Source: an uncultured bacterium (GTDB lineage: Bacteria; CAYJRR01). From it: a stretch of 33,785 nucleotides of DNA. Under the pieces are notes generated by a model. The model was not told where the DNA came from and made no database searches. It saw nothing but the letters and a program-made list of their open reading frames with translations. The stretch lies in assembly GCA_964372275.1 (NCBI GenBank), contig CAYJRR010000042.1:1-33785 (forward strand), given 5' to 3'. A program made the position numbers and the translations under genes. This document shows, in pieces, positions 1 to 7,844 of this stretch (position 1 is its first letter; each line of letters starts with the position of its first letter).

Positions 1-542
1 GCCGCGTCGAGTGGCCGCGCGTCGGCGTGGCGTATCCACGTCTCCAGGAACGGCCGTCCGAGCTCGACGGTGGCGGGCCCCTCGATCGCGAGGTGCGCGT
101 CACGCCAGCCTTGACCGCCGGCGGATCGCGAAAGATGGCAGCGATCGAAGTTCAAGCCGCCCGCGAATCCGATGCGCCCGTCGACGACGACCGTCTTGCG
201 GTGGTTGCGCCGGTAGAACCCCCAGCGGCGCCTCCACGGTGCGATCGGGTGGAACGCGGCGACCTGCACGCCGGCGCGTCGGAGCGATTCGAACAGCGAA
301 GGGGGGGTGGTGAAACAGCCCACGCCGTCGTAGAGCAGCCTCACCTCGACGCCGGCGGCGGCGCGTTCGGCGAGGCGTCGGGCGAGCGCCCGGCCGACGG
401 CGTCGTCGCGCAGGATGTAGGTCTCGAGGTGGACGAAGCGGCGCGCCGAGGCGATCGCGTCCAGAATTGCGCCGTACGTCGGCTCCCCGTCGCGGAGGAG
501 GGTGACCCGGTTTCCGCCGACGTAGCGCTCGTCGGACTCCAT
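1..542 (-). CDS. cls: Cardiolipin synthase / phospholipase D family protein, 5' part (runs off the window start)
   Basis: Not in the ORF track because it is open at the edge. Reading minus from ATG at 542 gives MESDERYVGGNRVTLLRDGEPTYGAILDAIASARRFVHLETYILRDDAVG...VRLLYDGVG...RRNHRKTVVVDGRIGFAGGLN...WRDAHLAIEGP, with an HKD motif (HRKxxxxD). Confidence 0.9.
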   Translation of the reverse strand, partial: MESDERYVGGNRVTLLRDGEPTYGAILDAIASARRFVHLETYILRDDAVGRALARRLAERAAAGVEVRLLYDGVGCFTTPPSLFESLRRAGVQVAAFHPIAPWRRRWGFYRRNHRKTVVVDGRIGFAGGLNFDRCHLSRSAGGQGWRDAHLAIEGPATVELGRPFLETWIRHADARPLDA

Positions 543-600
543 CCTCCGGAAAGATAGACACGCTCCGGATCGGCGCATGCCTGCTCTATGCTCGCTGCCC

Positions 601-1809
601 ATGGCGGAGCGGTCGGCGAATCCGGGATTCCCGCGGACCGTCTGGGCGGTGGGGCTGGTCAGCCTCCTCACCGACGTCGGCGGAGAGATGGTCTTTCCGC
701 TGCTGCCGCGATTTCTCGGATCGATGACCGCGGCCGGGGCGGCGGCGGTCGGGGTGGTGGAGGGGGTGGCCGACGCCGTCTCGCAGCTGGTCCGGCCTTG
801 GGTCGGCGCCCGCTCCGACGCGCGCGGCCGCCGGAAGCCGTTCATGCTGCTCGGGTACGGGCTCTCGTCCGCGGCGCGGCCGTTGCTCGCCGTCGCGCAC
901 GGGGTGTTCGGGGTCGGACTCCTGCGTTGCGCCGACCGGCTCGGCAAGGGGATCCGAAGCAGCCCGCGGGACGCGCTGATCGCGAGCAGCGTCGAGTCGT
1001 CGCGACTGGCGCGCGCCTTCTCGCTGCATCGCGCGATGGATCACGCCGGCGCGGTGCTGGGGCCGATGCTGGCGACGGCGTTGCTCGCCGCGGGCTTGAG
1101 CGTGCGGCAGGTCTTCGCCGCGACCCTCGTGCCGGGGGCGCTCGCATGGCTGGCGATCGTGCTCTTCGTGCGCGAACCCGACGCGCTGCCGCGGCCGCCG
1201 CCGGTCGAGCCGTCCGCCGACGGAGCGGCGGAACCGGACCCCGCCGACCCGGCGGCGCCGCTTCCCGAATCGCTCCGCGCCTTCGTCAAGGTGTTGTTCC
1301 TGTTCGCCCTGGGATCGTCGACCGACGCGTTGCTCCTGTTGCGGGCGTCGGAGATGGGGCTTGGGTCGACGGCGGTGGCGGGGGCGTGGACGCTCCTCCA
1401 CGTGGTCAAGGTCGCGGCCAGCGTGCCCGGCGGCGCGTTGGCCGACCGCATCGGCCCGGTCCGGGCCGTCGGTCTCGGGTGGCTGGTCTACGCCGTCGTC
1501 TACGCCGGGTTCGCGGTCGGCGGAGGCGGATTCGCGCCGTGGGCGCTGTTCGGCGTCTACGGGCTCTACTACGCGCTGACCGAGGGGGCGGAGAAGGCGG
1601 TCGTGGCGCGGCTCGTCCCGCGCGGGGTCCGCGGGCGCGCCTTGGGTACGATGTCGTTCGCGCTGGGGGCCGGAAACCTGATCGCGTCGGCCGGAGCCGG
1701 CTGGCTCTACGCGCAGGCGGGCCCGGAGGTTGCATTCGGCAGCGGCGCGCTCCTGGCGCTGTCCGCGATGGTCGCGCTCGTGTGGTGGTCGGCGCGGTAC
1801 CGCCTCTAA
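601..1809 (+). CDS. MFS transporter (alternative start 577)
   Basis: About 12 hydrophobic segments; MFS motif A-like GARSDARGRRKP and GALADRIGP; family motif DRLGKGIRSSPRDALIA. Confidence 0.9.
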   Translation: MAERSANPGFPRTVWAVGLVSLLTDVGGEMVFPLLPRFLGSMTAAGAAAVGVVEGVADAVSQLVRPWVGARSDARGRRKPFMLLGYGLSSAARPLLAVAHGVFGVGLLRCADRLGKGIRSSPRDALIASSVESSRLARAFSLHRAMDHAGAVLGPMLATALLAAGLSVRQVFAATLVPGALAWLAIVLFVREPDALPRPPPVEPSADGAAEPDPADPAAPLPESLRAFVKVLFLFALGSSTDALLLLRASEMGLGSTAVAGAWTLLHVVKVAASVPGGALADRIGPVRAVGLGWLVYAVVYAGFAVGGGGFAPWALFGVYGLYYALTEGAEKAVVARLVPRGVRGRALGTMSFALGAGNLIASAGAGWLYAQAGPEVAFGSGALLALSAMVALVWWSARYRL

Positions 1810-2297
1810 TCGCGGAAGTTGACGAAGGCCAGCGGCAGCTCGAAGTCGAGCGCCTTCATCGCCGCGATCACCTCCTGCAACGAATCGCGACTCTTGGAGG
1901 AACAGCGCACGAAGTTCCCGTTGATCGAGGCCTGGACCTTCGGATGGCTGTCCTTGACGTGTTTCACCAGCTTCTTGGCGTTGACGTCGTCGATGCCGTC
2001 GCGGAGCTTGATCTTCTGTTTCGAGGTACCGCCCGGGCCCGGCTCCACCTTCTGCTTGTCGAGACACTTGAGGGAGACGGCGCGCTTCACCAGGCGCGTC
2101 TCGACGACGTCGAGCGCCGCCGTGACGCGGTCGTCGGTCGACGACCGGATCTCGAGCGACTTCTCCTTCTCGTTGAGCTCCAGGACGGTGTTCGTCCCCT
2201 TGAAGTCGAATCGCTGGCCGATCTCCTTGCGCGCCTGATCGACCGCGTTGACGACCTCGGGCCACTCCAGCTTGTTGACGACGTCCATCGACGGCAT
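1806..2297 (-). CDS. yajQ: YajQ family nucleotide/c-di-GMP-binding protein
   Basis: MPSMDVV...EVVNAVDQARKEIGQRFDFKG...KVQASING...SKSRDSLQEVIA...LPLAFVNFRD; AGGAGG RBS upstream. Confidence 0.95.
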   Translation of the reverse strand: MPSMDVVNKLEWPEVVNAVDQARKEIGQRFDFKGTNTVLELNEKEKSLEIRSSTDDRVTAALDVVETRLVKRAVSLKCLDKQKVEPGPGGTSKQKIKLRDGIDDVNAKKLVKHVKDSHPKVQASINGNFVRCSSKSRDSLQEVIAAMKALDFELPLAFVNFRD

Positions 2298-2414
2298 CGA
2301 TCCTCCTTGAAACGGCGGCGGATCCTACCTCAAAAAAAAATTGTTTTCGCCGCGCGCGCGAGGCGATGATCTGCGCGACGTTTGCCGTTCCATGTTTCTT
2401 TTGGAGGGGATCGA

Positions 2415-3059
2415 ATGAGGATCGAGATCGGTGGCGTTGTGCGGACGGGGGCCTTGGGGCTGTTCATGGCGGTGGCGGGTTCGGCGTGGGCGCAGGAGCC
2501 GGCGCCGGCCGCTCCGGCGGAGGCAGGCTCCGACGGGATGAGCATCCGGGCGGCCGTCTTCCTCGGGCAGAAGGCGCTCGACGACGACTGGGACTTCAGC
2601 GGAGACGGCGTTCCGGACGACTTCGATTTCAGCAAGCAGTTGGAATTCGGCGTCGAGACGACGTGGGATCCGCACAAATTCCCGGTGGCGATCGCCGCCG
2701 ATCTCTTCTACTCGATGGGCAGCGCCGACGACGAAGGGATCGAGCTGTCGGTGAGCACCATGGAGCTGGGGCTGGGCGTCCGCAAGTTCTTCGCCATGGA
2801 CAAGATCACCCCCTATGCCGGCGCCGGGATCCTCTACGGATCGGCGTCGTCGAAGCTCGAGTCCGACTTCGGCGACTCGGACGACAGCGAGTCGGCGATC
2901 GGCTTCTGGGCCGGTGGCGGCGCGCTGTACGGCATCAACGACAAGCTCTCGGTAGGTGCGGCGGTTCGTTACTCCTCCTACGAACCGGAGTTCGAGGACG
3001 ACGACATCGCCTCGGGCGGGCTGCACTACGGCCTGACGTTGAGCTACGTGATCAAGTAG
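2415..3059 (+). CDS. Outer-membrane beta-barrel protein (OmpW/OmpA-membrane-domain-like, about 8 strands)
   Basis: Signal peptide ending AWA-Q; amphipathic strands; PYAGAG motif; C-terminal GLTLSY; GGAGGG RBS before ATG 2415. Confidence 0.8.
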   Translation: MRIEIGGVVRTGALGLFMAVAGSAWAQEPAPAAPAEAGSDGMSIRAAVFLGQKALDDDWDFSGDGVPDDFDFSKQLEFGVETTWDPHKFPVAIAADLFYSMGSADDEGIELSVSTMELGLGVRKFFAMDKITPYAGAGILYGSASSKLESDFGDSDDSESAIGFWAGGGALYGINDKLSVGAAVRYSSYEPEFEDDDIASGGLHYGLTLSYVIK

Positions 3060-3062
3060 CGC

Positions 3063-3800
3063 GTGGCCGATCGTCGTCCGATGTGGCGCACGATCCGGAG
3101 GGAGTTCTGGCTGGCGGTGGTCGCGATCGCGGTCACCGCCAGCGCTGCCTCCGGTGGATCGCCGGCCGCCGCGGGGCTTGGGGGGAAGGGGACCTCCGCT
3201 CCGGCGGCGACGCCGGCTCCTGGCCAGGGCGGGACCGCTGTCCCGGGCCCGACGGCAACTGCCACCGCCAGCCCGACGCCGACACCGACACCGACGCCGA
3301 AAGGACTGACGATCGCCGGCTTCTTCGGGCGGAAGACGCTCGACGACGACGATTGGCCGGAGATGGACGAGCAGCGTGCCCTGGGCATCGAGTCGACGTT
3401 CGAGCTGCGGTCGCTCCCGGTCGACGTCGCGGCCGACCTCTTCTATTCGTCGGGGAAGGACAAGGCGTTCGGTACGCACTACGAGGGGAGCACGCTCGAG
3501 CTGTGCGCCGGCGCGCGACGGTGGTTCGAGCTCGGCCGCATCCGCCCCTACGTCGGCGGCGGCCTGTTGTGGGGGAAGGCGACGCAGAAGGTCGAGATCG
3601 AGGGGTTCAGCGAGACCGAGGACGAAGAGTCGGGGGTCGGCTTCTGGGCCGGCGCCGGCGCGGCCTTCGCCTTGACGAGCTCCTTCCAGATCGGCGCCAC
3701 CTTCCGCTACTCCTCGTGGGAGGTGGAGCTCGAGGAGGCCGAGATCGACGTCGAAGCCGGCGGCACCGCGCTCGGCGTCACCGCATCGCTCCGCTTCTAG
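3063..3800 (+). CDS. Outer-membrane beta-barrel protein, paralogue of the upstream gene, with a Pro/Thr-rich N-terminal linker (alternative start 3081)
   Basis: Signal peptide; PTPTPTPTP linker; RPYVGGG; C-terminal VTASLRF with terminal Phe (BAM-type signal). Confidence 0.8.
   Translation: MADRRPMWRTIRREFWLAVVAIAVTASAASGGSPAAAGLGGKGTSAPAATPAPGQGGTAVPGPTATATASPTPTPTPTPKGLTIAGFFGRKTLDDDDWPEMDEQRALGIESTFELRSLPVDVAADLFYSSGKDKAFGTHYEGSTLELCAGARRWFELGRIRPYVGGGLLWGKATQKVEIEGFSETEDEESGVGFWAGAGAAFALTSSFQIGATFRYSSWEVELEEAEIDVEAGGTALGVTASLRF
3273..3299 (+). repeat. Hexamer tandem repeat CCGAC(G/A) encoding a Pro-Thr linker
   Basis: ccgacg ccgaca ccgaca ccgacg ccg, read directly from the sequence. Confidence 0.8.
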
Positions 3801-3846
3801 TTCTGGCGCCCCGAGGGAGGGCGCTGTCCGAACCATCCCGCATCGC

Positions 3847-3875
3847 TTGACGGTCGCGCGCGCGCCTGGTACCTA
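3847..3875 (+). promoter_or_regulatory. Putative sigma70 promoter of tRNA-Thr
   Basis: TTGACG (3847-3852), 17-bp spacer, TG-G-TACCTA (weak -10), ending 16 nt before the tRNA. Confidence 0.45.
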
Positions 3876-3891
3876 GAAGCCGGCCGATCAC

Positions 3892-3967
3892 GCCGCTGTA
3901 GCTCAGTTGGTAGAGCAGCTGATTCGTAATCAGCAGGTCATCGGTTCAAGTCCGATCAGCGGCTCCA
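3892..3967 (+). tRNA. tRNA-Thr (anticodon CGT)
   Basis: 76 nt; acceptor stem GCCGCTG/CAGCGGC, D-arm GCTCAGTTGGTAGAGC, anticodon arm GCTGA-TTCGTAA-TCAGC, T-loop GGTTCAAGTCC, encoded CCA. Confidence 0.97.
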
Positions 3968-3970
3968 GTC

Positions 3971-4004
3971 GAAAGCCCCGCGCGTTGGCCGCGGGGCTTT
4001 CTTC
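3971..4004 (+). terminator. Intrinsic terminator after tRNA-Thr
   Basis: Perfect 12-bp inverted repeat GAAAGCCCCGCG / CGCGGGGCTTTC with a 7-nt loop, ending in TTTCTTC. Confidence 0.8.
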
Positions 4005-4093
4005 GTCTTGCGGGGCGCGCAGGCTCGCCTTTGGTTCGGCAAACCGGCGCCGATTCCGCCGTCGTTTCGCGGTGCGACCGGGCGGTCGCTTGG

Positions 4094-4113
4094 CTGATTG
4101 ACTTATCAGTCAG
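4094..4113. promoter_or_regulatory. Imperfect palindrome, candidate repressor operator overlapping a TTGACT -35-like hexamer
   Basis: CTGATTGA-CTTA-TCAGTCAG (7/8 arms), AT-rich in a GC-rich context, about 80 bp upstream of the ATG at 4195. Confidence 0.5.
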
Positions 4114-4194
4114 TTTTCGGTGGATCGGTGGATCGGCCTTCTGTAGAACAGCGCACCCGTCGGGGAGCGTGGGAGCTTGTAGGAGGACGATTCG

Positions 4195-5889
4195 ATGCGA
4201 CGCGCGACATGGCTCACCGTTTCGTTCGGGATCCTTTCGATCGTCGGCTGCGACGGTGGAGACGCCGGCGGCGGAGCGTCGGCGCCGGAGGAGGACGCGG
4301 CGAGCGTCGTCTCCTCCAATCTCCCCACGGCGCTTCTCTGCGGGCAGACGTTCGCCGCCGAGGTGGTGGTGAAGAACGAGGGGCTTAGCCACTGGACGCG
4401 CGACGCAGGGTACAAGTTGGGTGCCGTCGACGACGCCGATCCGTTCTACAACCTGGACACGAGGGTGTGGCTGGAGGAGGGGGAGATCGTTCCGCCGGGA
4501 GCCAGCCACACCTTCACCATCCCGATGCGCGCGCCGCCGCTCGCCGGGACCTACGTCACCGACTGGCAGATGGTGCACGAGTTCGTCGCCTGGTTTGGCG
4601 AGAAGGCGACCTCGACCGTCGAGGTGACGTGCGACTTCCCCCACCGTTCCGGACTCGTCCGGCTGACCGGTAACGCCCTCGAGGACGACCTCGGGACGTT
4701 CAACGCGCTCGGCACGACGATGTTCTGGGCGGCGTGGGGATACAAATACGACCGGCCGAAGCTCGAGGCGAACCTCGCCTTCCTCCAGGCGCACGGCTTC
4801 GATTACATCCGGGCGCTGGGGGTCGTCGGCGACTACGAGAACGCCGACTACTGGGACGGACGCGAGATCGACTGGCACTGGGAGGACTACGACCAGGTGA
4901 TCGCGGGGCTCACCGATCTGGCGTTCGACGTCTACGGGATCCGTGTGCAGTGGACGCTGATCGGCGACGGCCAGGTGAACATCCCGGAGGAGGCCGACCG
5001 CTACGCACTGGTCGACCGCTTCCTGGCGATGAGCGAAGGCCGCGAAGAGAAGATCATCCTCTTCGAGATCGCCAACGAGGCCTGGCAGAACGGATTCGAG
5101 GGGAGCGACGGGATCGCCCAGCTCCGGGCGCTGTCGTCGTACATGAAGGATCGCACCGAGATCCTCGTGGCCGCCTCGGCGCCGCTGGGCGAGACGTGCG
5201 AGGAGTTCGAGGCGGTCTACGCGGGTGGCGTCGCCGACCTCTCCACGATCCACTTCGACCGCAACGTGTCGCTGGTCGACGGCGCCTGGCGGCCGGTCCG
5301 ACAGCCGTGGGGGATCAACGACTGCAACCTGCCGCCGTCGAGCAACAACGAGCCGATCGGTCCGGGTTCGTCGGTCGCCAGCGAAACCGACCCGGTGAAG
5401 CTCGTCTCGGCGGCGATCGTCACCTACATCTCGACGCTGCCGATGTACGTCTACCACACGCGGGCCGGCGTCCGCGGCGACTTCGAGATCTACGACATGG
5501 AGGGGGCCGACGCCTTCGTCCACCTGAAGACGTTGCTCCCGCCGGACCTTCCGAACTGGTCACGCCGCAACGGCCACTGGGTCGACGCGCCGTTCGTGCC
5601 GTACGCGGGGGAGAACGGGACCCTCTACCCGAACGAGATGTGGCCCGACCTCGACGACCCCGAGAGTGGCGCGGTGCGGACCTACGGGTCGGTGAAGGGG
5701 GAGGAGTTCCTCGTCTTCCCGATGGGGATCCTCGGAAGCCTCACCCTGGAGCCCCGGCAGTACGCCATGGACGTCGACGTGATCGATCCGATGACCGGCC
5801 AGACGGTGGAACAGTTCTCACTGACGGCCGGCCAACCCTTCGTCCTGACCGGGTACGACGCGCTTCTCCTCAAGGGGCGCTTCAAGTAG
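4195..5889 (+). CDS. Lipoprotein with an NBR1-Ig-like domain and a GH-A clan (GH5-like) TIM-barrel glycoside hydrolase domain
   Basis: Lipobox-like IVGC; Ig domain (VKNEG..W...VPPG...FTIPMRAP..GTY...WQMV...WFG); ILFEIANE (acid/base Glu position) and SNNEP (candidate nucleophile); AGGAGG RBS. Confidence 0.65.
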   Translation: MRRATWLTVSFGILSIVGCDGGDAGGGASAPEEDAASVVSSNLPTALLCGQTFAAEVVVKNEGLSHWTRDAGYKLGAVDDADPFYNLDTRVWLEEGEIVPPGASHTFTIPMRAPPLAGTYVTDWQMVHEFVAWFGEKATSTVEVTCDFPHRSGLVRLTGNALEDDLGTFNALGTTMFWAAWGYKYDRPKLEANLAFLQAHGFDYIRALGVVGDYENADYWDGREIDWHWEDYDQVIAGLTDLAFDVYGIRVQWTLIGDGQVNIPEEADRYALVDRFLAMSEGREEKIILFEIANEAWQNGFEGSDGIAQLRALSSYMKDRTEILVAASAPLGETCEEFEAVYAGGVADLSTIHFDRNVSLVDGAWRPVRQPWGINDCNLPPSSNNEPIGPGSSVASETDPVKLVSAAIVTYISTLPMYVYHTRAGVRGDFEIYDMEGADAFVHLKTLLPPDLPNWSRRNGHWVDAPFVPYAGENGTLYPNEMWPDLDDPESGAVRTYGSVKGEEFLVFPMGILGSLTLEPRQYAMDVDVIDPMTGQTVEQFSLTAGQPFVLTGYDALLLKGRFK

Positions 5890-6288
5890 CTCGAGCACCG
5901 ACGAGACGAGCTCGTCGGCGTCGAACGGCTTGTGGAGGAAACCGTCGAGCGCGTCGGCGAACGCCTCCGCCCGGAGCGCGTGCCCGCTGCACCCGACGAT
6001 GCGCGTGCGCCGAAGGCGCGGATGGCGCCGGAGCGCGCGCACCAGCCGGGTGGTGCTGACCGGCATCACCACGTCGCAGAGAATCGCGTGCGGAGCGAAG
6101 GCCGCGGCCGCCGAGACCAGACGCTCGACGGGCAGTCCGGCGCGCGGATGCAGCGCCCAGGCGTCGATGCCCCGTTCGCGGAAGGTGTCGACCATCGCCA
6201 CGGCGAGGTCCCGCTCGTCTTCGAGCACCAGGACCCGGAGGCGGCTCGGCGTGGTGGCAGGGGAGGGGTCGGTCGTCGGTTCCGGCAT
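5818..6288 (-). CDS. Single-domain response regulator (receiver domain)
   Basis: C-terminal part of ORF 5818..6951 from ATG 6288: RVLVLEDE, ILCDVVMP (phospho-Asp), VGCSG, FLHKPFD. Confidence 0.85.
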   Translation of the reverse strand: MPEPTTDPSPATTPSRLRVLVLEDERDLAVAMVDTFRERGIDAWALHPRAGLPVERLVSAAAAFAPHAILCDVVMPVSTTRLVRALRRHPRLRRTRIVGCSGHALRAEAFADALDGFLHKPFDADELVSSVLELLEAPLEEKRVVPGQDEGLAGRQ

Positions 6289-6392
6289 GGTCCCGGAGGT
6301 AGGTCTCCGGACCGAGGCCGTCGAGGAAAATTCGCGCGTGCCGCGGAATCGGTTGCGGACGCACCGCGTGCGCGGAGCCGGCGCGCACGCGG

Positions 6393-7001
6393 CTACGATC
6401 GCGGAGGGTCGATGGCGTAGACGAGGTCGGCGGGCGGGTGACCTCCGTCGTCCGACCGGTCCGGGCCGCGCGACCACAGACGGCGCTCGCCTTCGGCGGA
6501 GACGTAGCGCGGCGGGCCGCCGTCGGCGTACGGATCGTCGGGTACCTCGAGGAGGAAGGCGGGGACGAGCTCGTCGAGCGTTTCCGGATACCGGTCCCGC
6601 TCCAACCGGAAGCGCTCGAGGGCGGCGCCGATCCGGGCCAGGTCGGCGTGGGCGCGCGCATGCCGCCGATCGCGGAGGAAGGTCGACCAGGGGCCGGCCA
6701 GCAGCGCGACCAGCAGGAACCCGAACCCCGCGGCGAAGACCAGGGCGAAGGACGCGACGAGCCACGGGAGTCGGGGAGACCTGCGTGGCGACGTCCCGTC
6801 CGGCCGCGTGCGGCGATCCGGCGGAACGACGCCGGAGCCGCGCGTCACCGCCTTCGCTTCCTCGCCGTCGAGGAGGCGCCGCTTGCAGCGTTCGCAGAGG
6901 AGGATCTTCTCGAACGGCACCACGCAGTCGGCGCAGAACTCTCCGCTGCATCCGCCGCAGGTCGCGACCGCGTCGCGGTCGGGATGGACGCCGCAGCTCA
7001 C
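6393..7001 (-). CDS. Membrane protein: B-box-like Zn finger, TM helix, GspG/pilin-like C-terminal domain
   Basis: CGVHP...CGGC...CADC...CERC; hydrophobic helix; ADLARIGAALERFRL...YPETLDELVP..L..VPDDPY...WSRGPD..DDGG. Confidence 0.7.
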   Translation of the reverse strand: MSCGVHPDRDAVATCGGCSGEFCADCVVPFEKILLCERCKRRLLDGEEAKAVTRGSGVVPPDRRTRPDGTSPRRSPRLPWLVASFALVFAAGFGFLLVALLAGPWSTFLRDRRHARAHADLARIGAALERFRLERDRYPETLDELVPAFLLEVPDDPYADGGPPRYVSAEGERRLWSRGPDRSDDGGHPPADLVYAIDPPRS

Positions 7002-7023
7002 GGCCGTGACTCCGCCGTGCCCG

Positions 7024-7821
7024 TCACGTCCGGCGGCCCCCCGCGGGGTCGGCCACCTGCAGCACGTCGCGGAGCAGTTGCTCGTCGGAAAGGAAGCCCC
7101 ACGGCGGGATCTTGAAGCGCCGGCGCAGGTGGTCGGCGAGCCGGCGCATCAGGCGGCGGCGCGAGGTGATCTCCAGAAACTCCCGCCGTTCCCAGGCCTC
7201 CCGCGCCAGCTGCAGCTCCTCGGGGGCGATCTCGGCCCGTACCCGGGCGGCGAGCACGGCGTCCTCGGCGATCGTGTTGCCGGACTCGAACGCCGGGAGC
7301 GGGGAGCCGGCCGCGACCGGCTCGACCGTCTCGGTGGCGACGACGATCGTACCGGCCGCATGGTCCCCCAACCGCTTGTTCCGCGACGACAGAAGGAGGG
7401 TGAGCCCGCCGAGGGCGTAGAGGCCCGGGAGCGCGTCGGCCACGCGTACCAGGTTGCGCACCAGGCTGTCGCCGAAGGTGATCCCGGCGCCGTGGTCCTG
7501 CACCACGCGGATGCCGACCGCGCGTTTCCCCGGCGTCTGTCCGTTCCAGACCAGCTCGAAGAAGAGGAAGTAGCCGAACAGGATCGCGAAGACGCCGACG
7601 ATCAGGAGCGCCACCATCCCCGAGGAGAGCAGATCGCCGGCGCCGGGAAGGGCGATGCCGAACAGGAGCGCGGCGAACCCCAGGCCGCTGACCACGATCC
7701 CGATCAGGAACGAGACGATCGCGTAGTCGATCGCCGCCGCGACGAGGCGGCTTGCAAATCCGGCGAGACGGAAGCCGAAGACGACGTTCTCCGGCGTGCG
7801 GATCTGGATCTCGCGGCGCAT
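7024..7821 (-). CDS. RDD family membrane protein
   Basis: TPENV...LAGFASRLVAAAID; GQTPGKRAVGIRVV; RNLVRVAD; KRLGDHAAGTIVV. Confidence 0.93.
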   Translation of the reverse strand: MRREIQIRTPENVVFGFRLAGFASRLVAAAIDYAIVSFLIGIVVSGLGFAALLFGIALPGAGDLLSSGMVALLIVGVFAILFGYFLFFELVWNGQTPGKRAVGIRVVQDHGAGITFGDSLVRNLVRVADALPGLYALGGLTLLLSSRNKRLGDHAAGTIVVATETVEPVAAGSPLPAFESGNTIAEDAVLAARVRAEIAPEELQLAREAWERREFLEITSRRRLMRRLADHLRRRFKIPPWGFLSDEQLLRDVLQVADPAGGRRT

Positions 7822-7844
7822 GCTAGGCTACGACGAAGAGGCCG

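Noticed and set aside
2332-2340. A9 homopolymer between yajQ and the OMP gene as a phase-variation tract
   Set aside because: Intergenic, with no convincing -35/-10 pair spanning it; more simply an AT-rich promoter element. Read-level length variation would be needed.
3907-4101. 64-aa ORF overlapping the tRNA
   Set aside because: It is a translation of the tRNA and terminator sequence.
3892-5889. Integrative island at tRNA-Thr
   Set aside because: No integrase, and I saw no duplicated tRNA 3' end in the window.
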